A DNA stretch of 64,000 nt, from the NCBI GenBank assembly GCA_964106645.2, contig OZ067053.1; one strand, written 5' to 3'. Within the stretch, counting starts at the first letter, position 1, and each line of letters begins with the position of its first letter. The DNA comes from Podarcis pityusensis. Taxonomy: Eukaryota. Under the pieces are notes generated by a model. That model had not been told where the DNA came from, did no database searches, and saw nothing but the letters and a program-made list of their open reading frames with translations. Made by a program: the position numbers and the translations under genes. Of this stretch, positions 60,776-64,000 are shown piece by piece.

Positions 60776-61437
60776 ATATTGGCAAGGGGATTTCCTTTCC
60801 CCTTAACTTGATCCGATTGAGGCCACCCTTTCTTTCTTTCTTTCAAGTGTTTAAATTTATTTTTAATTTGCAAACATAGCAACTAACCAGCGGTAGCATC
60901 ATCAGCCTACCTTAACAATAAGAATATTTCATCAGTTATAAGTTAAACATATAAATTAATATAAACAGTCAATTTGTCCAAGCAGGCATCCCAATGCAGA
61001 AAGGGCAGTAAGATCTGCAGACCACTGAGTAGTGGCAACTACAAAGGCTTGCCGGCTCCACTTAATCCAAGACTACTCTTGAGTAAGAGGTGTGAAGGGG
61101 CCGCCACTGTTTGCATCTGTTAGGCTGCTTCTGCTGAATGCAACATGCAAAGCTTTTCTTACCTGGCATGTAGGGAACAACTGTACCTGTTGGATCTCTG
61201 CCTGTCATACAGCTGTTAAAGGCACAGGAGCCCTGACCCAGTGCAGGGAGTGGGATAGACTGGCAACCTTATTTAAGGGGTTGAAAGCGCAGAGGGCATT
61301 TGAACATTTGGAGCAAGCAACCTTCCGTCATTTTCCTTTGTGGCAAACAATTAACTTGTTCGTTTCCTGAAGGAGTGTCTGGATCCCTGACAGCTGTGGG
61401 CGGCGGCGGCGGGGGGGGGGTCCAGGCTGAGCCCCTG

Positions 61438-61539
61438 GAGAGGTACAGGCAGGTTTACAAATATCTGTATAAGGGAAGGTATCCCAAGCACCTCACAGCC
61501 CTGCAAAAAAGGAGCCTGTGGAGGAGATACGCCGTGAAG
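61438..61539 (+). pseudogene. Degenerate extra copy of the GIN-type N-terminal module, cut off by a CR1 fragment
   Basis: ERYRQVYKYLYKGRYPKHLTALQKRSLWRRYAVK aligns by eye with SKFEDIFRLLSEGCFPHSFCSIKRKNL-KRYAQK of the exon at 61912. Confidence 0.55.
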
Positions 61540-61911
61540 TCTGAAGTGGGATGTAGGAGGACAGAAGCCTTGAAGGTTTTCAAGCAAAGCTTGGAGGGCC
61601 ATCTGTTGCAGATGCTTTAGTTGAGATTCCTGCATTGCAGGCGCTGGACCAGACGACCCCCAGGATGCCTTCCAACTTGCAATTCAGCATGGGCAGCGAT
61701 AGGCCTTGTGATGCAGGCGGGCGTTTTCAGACGGCCCCTTTAGCCGCGTTCTCGTTTCGCCTCGGCTTGGTGTGTTGTGTCTCCTTGAAACAAGTCCGGG
61801 TCGCTGCCTTCCCAGCTTGGGGACTGAGCCCCTGAACTCCCTCCGCCTGCCCGTGGACTCGAGCCAGTCCTGACCCGGGGCTGATGCCCGGGACATGTCC
61901 CAGCCCCCGGC

Positions 61912-62080
61912 ATGGACTCCGCTTTGCAAGTGGCCGAGGAGGAAGTGGTGGAGTCCTGCAGCCCCACCAGCAAATTCGAGGACATCTTCCGCTTGCTGTC
62001 CGAGGGCTGCTTCCCCCACAGTTTCTGCTCCATCAAAAGGAAAAACCTGAAGCGCTACGCTCAGAAATTCATTGTGGAAG
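61912..62080 (+). CDS. GIN2: Gypsy-integrase-derived gene, probable first coding exon
   Basis: ggcATGG start. MDSALQ...FEDIFRLLSEGCFP...KRKNLKRYAQKFIVE G|gtaacg resembles GIN1 RRAAKKFVFKE as recalled. Confidence 0.8.
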
Positions 62081-63297
62081 GTAACGCGGGGGTGGGCGGG
62101 GTGGGGGGGACAGAGCAGAAGACAAAACAAACAAACAAGGCTTTTGCTACATGCGCATCCCCAGCCAGGCTCCTGTCACTGGATGGCTGCTGTTTTTAAA
62201 AGAGCTGCTTCAAGACATTTAAAATGTCCAGCTTCGCCGGAGCAGCAGGGATGACTCCTGACCAGTTTCTATTGAAAGTGAATCTAGACTATCCAAAGCT
62301 ATTCAGGTTCCCAAGCGGATTTATTTTCCTGACCAATCACCCTCTCTTTACGCTTGAAGGCTTTAATACGAGGGAATGGGGACCTCTAAAGATGCAGTGA
62401 TTCAAAACCACAGTAACATGATGTCACTGTGCACATTTTATGAGTTGCTTTTCCATGAAATTGCAAAGTGTACACAATTTTGCACACATTGACTAGGAAG
62501 CAATTCCCCTTGGGCTCAATGCAGCTTGCTTGCTTACTCCCCAGTAAGTGTGTTTAGGATTGCAGCCTTAACAGCTTTGAATTCCCTCAATAGAGTTGGA
62601 AATGGAAAGAGATTAATTCCTAAAAAGGTAGGTGCCGTAGGTCCAAGTAGCCTCCCAAAAGGCCCCATCTCTTGTGTCCATCAGCCTAACTGACCTTATT
62701 AGTGGAGAGCCTCTGTGGCTGATCTTGGAGTGCTGGGAAGTACAGAGACAGCACAACTTCAGGTGGCCTCCTCCCAAACATGCATTTTGAATGAGTAGGA
62801 AACAAGTGCAGCTGGTACAGAATCTCTGTAATTTCTTTTGAACCAAGGATAGTCAGTTAGTGGCCTGCTGGAGTACAACTACCATCATCCCCAATCATTG
62901 GACATGTTGGCAGAGTCTGTTGGGAGTTGTAGTCCATTGAAGTTTTGAGGGCACCATGTTGGGTATCCCTTCAAGCATTTAGCCTGCACAAGTATCTGGG
63001 CTCCTACATTTTGCTGCATTTGGAACTCTTTTAAGGCAGCCCCAGGTGGAGCACATTATAGTAGTCCAGCTGGTATGTAAGCAGAGCATGAATAATGGAG
63101 GCAAGATCTGCTGCTTCCGGATAGGTTGTAGATGGTGTACCAGCCTAAGCTGACAAAAGACACACCTGTGCTTCTACAGACAGAGCCAACTCCAGAAGGA
63201 CACAACAACCTATGAACCTGATCTCTCAGAGACCCCATCCAGAACCAATTGCATGACCCCTTCTGAACTACTAGGCTTTTCTGTCATCCTCCCACAG

Positions 63298-63491
63298 GGG
63301 GCTGCCTCTATTATGTGGGTCCAAAGAAAGAGGAAAAGCGTGAAGTCGTGGTTGATCCAGAGAGGCGGCGGCAGGTCTTCCTTGAAAGCCACTTCTCTGA
63401 GATTGGGAACCATCTTGGGCAGAAGAAGACAGTGCACCGGATTCAGAGCAGATACTACTGGCTGGGCATTGTCAAGGACGTGGTGGACTGG
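63298..63491 (+). CDS. GIN2: Gypsy-integrase-derived gene, exon with the HH half of the integrase zinc finger
   Basis: acag|GG GGC...TGG|gtaaat. Encodes CLYYVGPKKEEKREVVVDPERRRQVFLESHFSEIGNHLGQKKTVHRIQSRYYWLGIVKDVVDW. Confidence 0.88.
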
Positions 63492-63703
63492 GTAAATAAT
63501 GTTCAGAAAAACTCCCAGAGTTTTATGGAAGTAAAAGGAGCTGGGCTATATCTGTTTCCTTGTCAGATTTTACCTTCATTTACTGTTCTCGTGCCAGCAA
63601 AGTGGTTGGCATGGTCTGACTGGGAACACCATTACCTCTCCAAAATCCTAGGCACCTATTGATTTATTTCCCTCTCTGTCCTCCTCCCCTGCCCCATGCC
63701 CAG

Positions 63704-63815
63704 ATCAAGATGTGTGAAACCTGCCAAAACACAGAGCATAGCAAGAGCCTGTCGAAAAAACCCCGGCCTGTCAAAGTGGAGTCGCCTTGGGAAGTTCTAG
63801 GACTTGATGTCTATG
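63704..63815 (+). CDS. GIN2: Gypsy-integrase-derived gene, exon with CxxC and the start of the catalytic core; gene continues beyond the window
   Basis: ccag|ATC...TAT G|gtatgt. Encodes IKMCETCQ...PVKVESPWEVLGLDVYG, with the first Asp of DDE present. Confidence 0.88.
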
Positions 63816-64000
63816 GTATGTGCTTGTGGTGGGGGATCTGTATGCACATCTGCACTATGGTAGGTTTGCCATATGTCTGGAAGTTCCCAGACATATCCAG
63901 AATACTGCAGTTGGCAGCAGCGTCCGGGCATAAATCAACAAAAATGTCCGGGAAAATCCTGACCTATGGCAACCCATGAGGGCTGTGTGGTTTTTGCCGA

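Overview
Eukaryotic DNA from a squamate, most likely a lacertid lizard judging by its Sauria/Squam1-type SINE. The window covers the conserved PITPNM2-ARL6IP4-OGFOD2 block: the last 11 coding exons of PITPNM2 (+), complete ARL6IP4 (-, 267 aa) and complete OGFOD2 (-, 356 aa). Head-to-head with OGFOD2 lie the first three coding exons of an intron-containing domesticated Gypsy-integrase gene (+, probably GIN2). Three things stand out. (1) A young Penelope-type insertion in OGFOD2 intron 3 (56450-57041) is an 89-bp perfect hairpin plus four 126-nt tandem units. It carries four complete minimal hammerhead-ribozyme motifs (3 on +, 1 on -) and one truncated motif, a retrozyme-like layout. (2) An intact 4,952-bp Mag-type Ty3/Gypsy element has identical LTRs, a 5-bp TSD, a tRNA-Ser PBS and one open gag-pol ORF. 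It sits inside a hAT MITE, inside a CR1 LINE, inside a PITPNM2 intron. (3) A degenerate second copy of the GIN-type N-terminal module lies upstream of GIN2 and is cut by a CR1 fragment. The rest is ordinary lizard repeat content (L2, CR1, RTE, L1, SINEs, MITEs) plus a 189-N gap. Gene identities come from my recall of vertebrate protein sequences and from GT-AG/phase logic, not from database searches.
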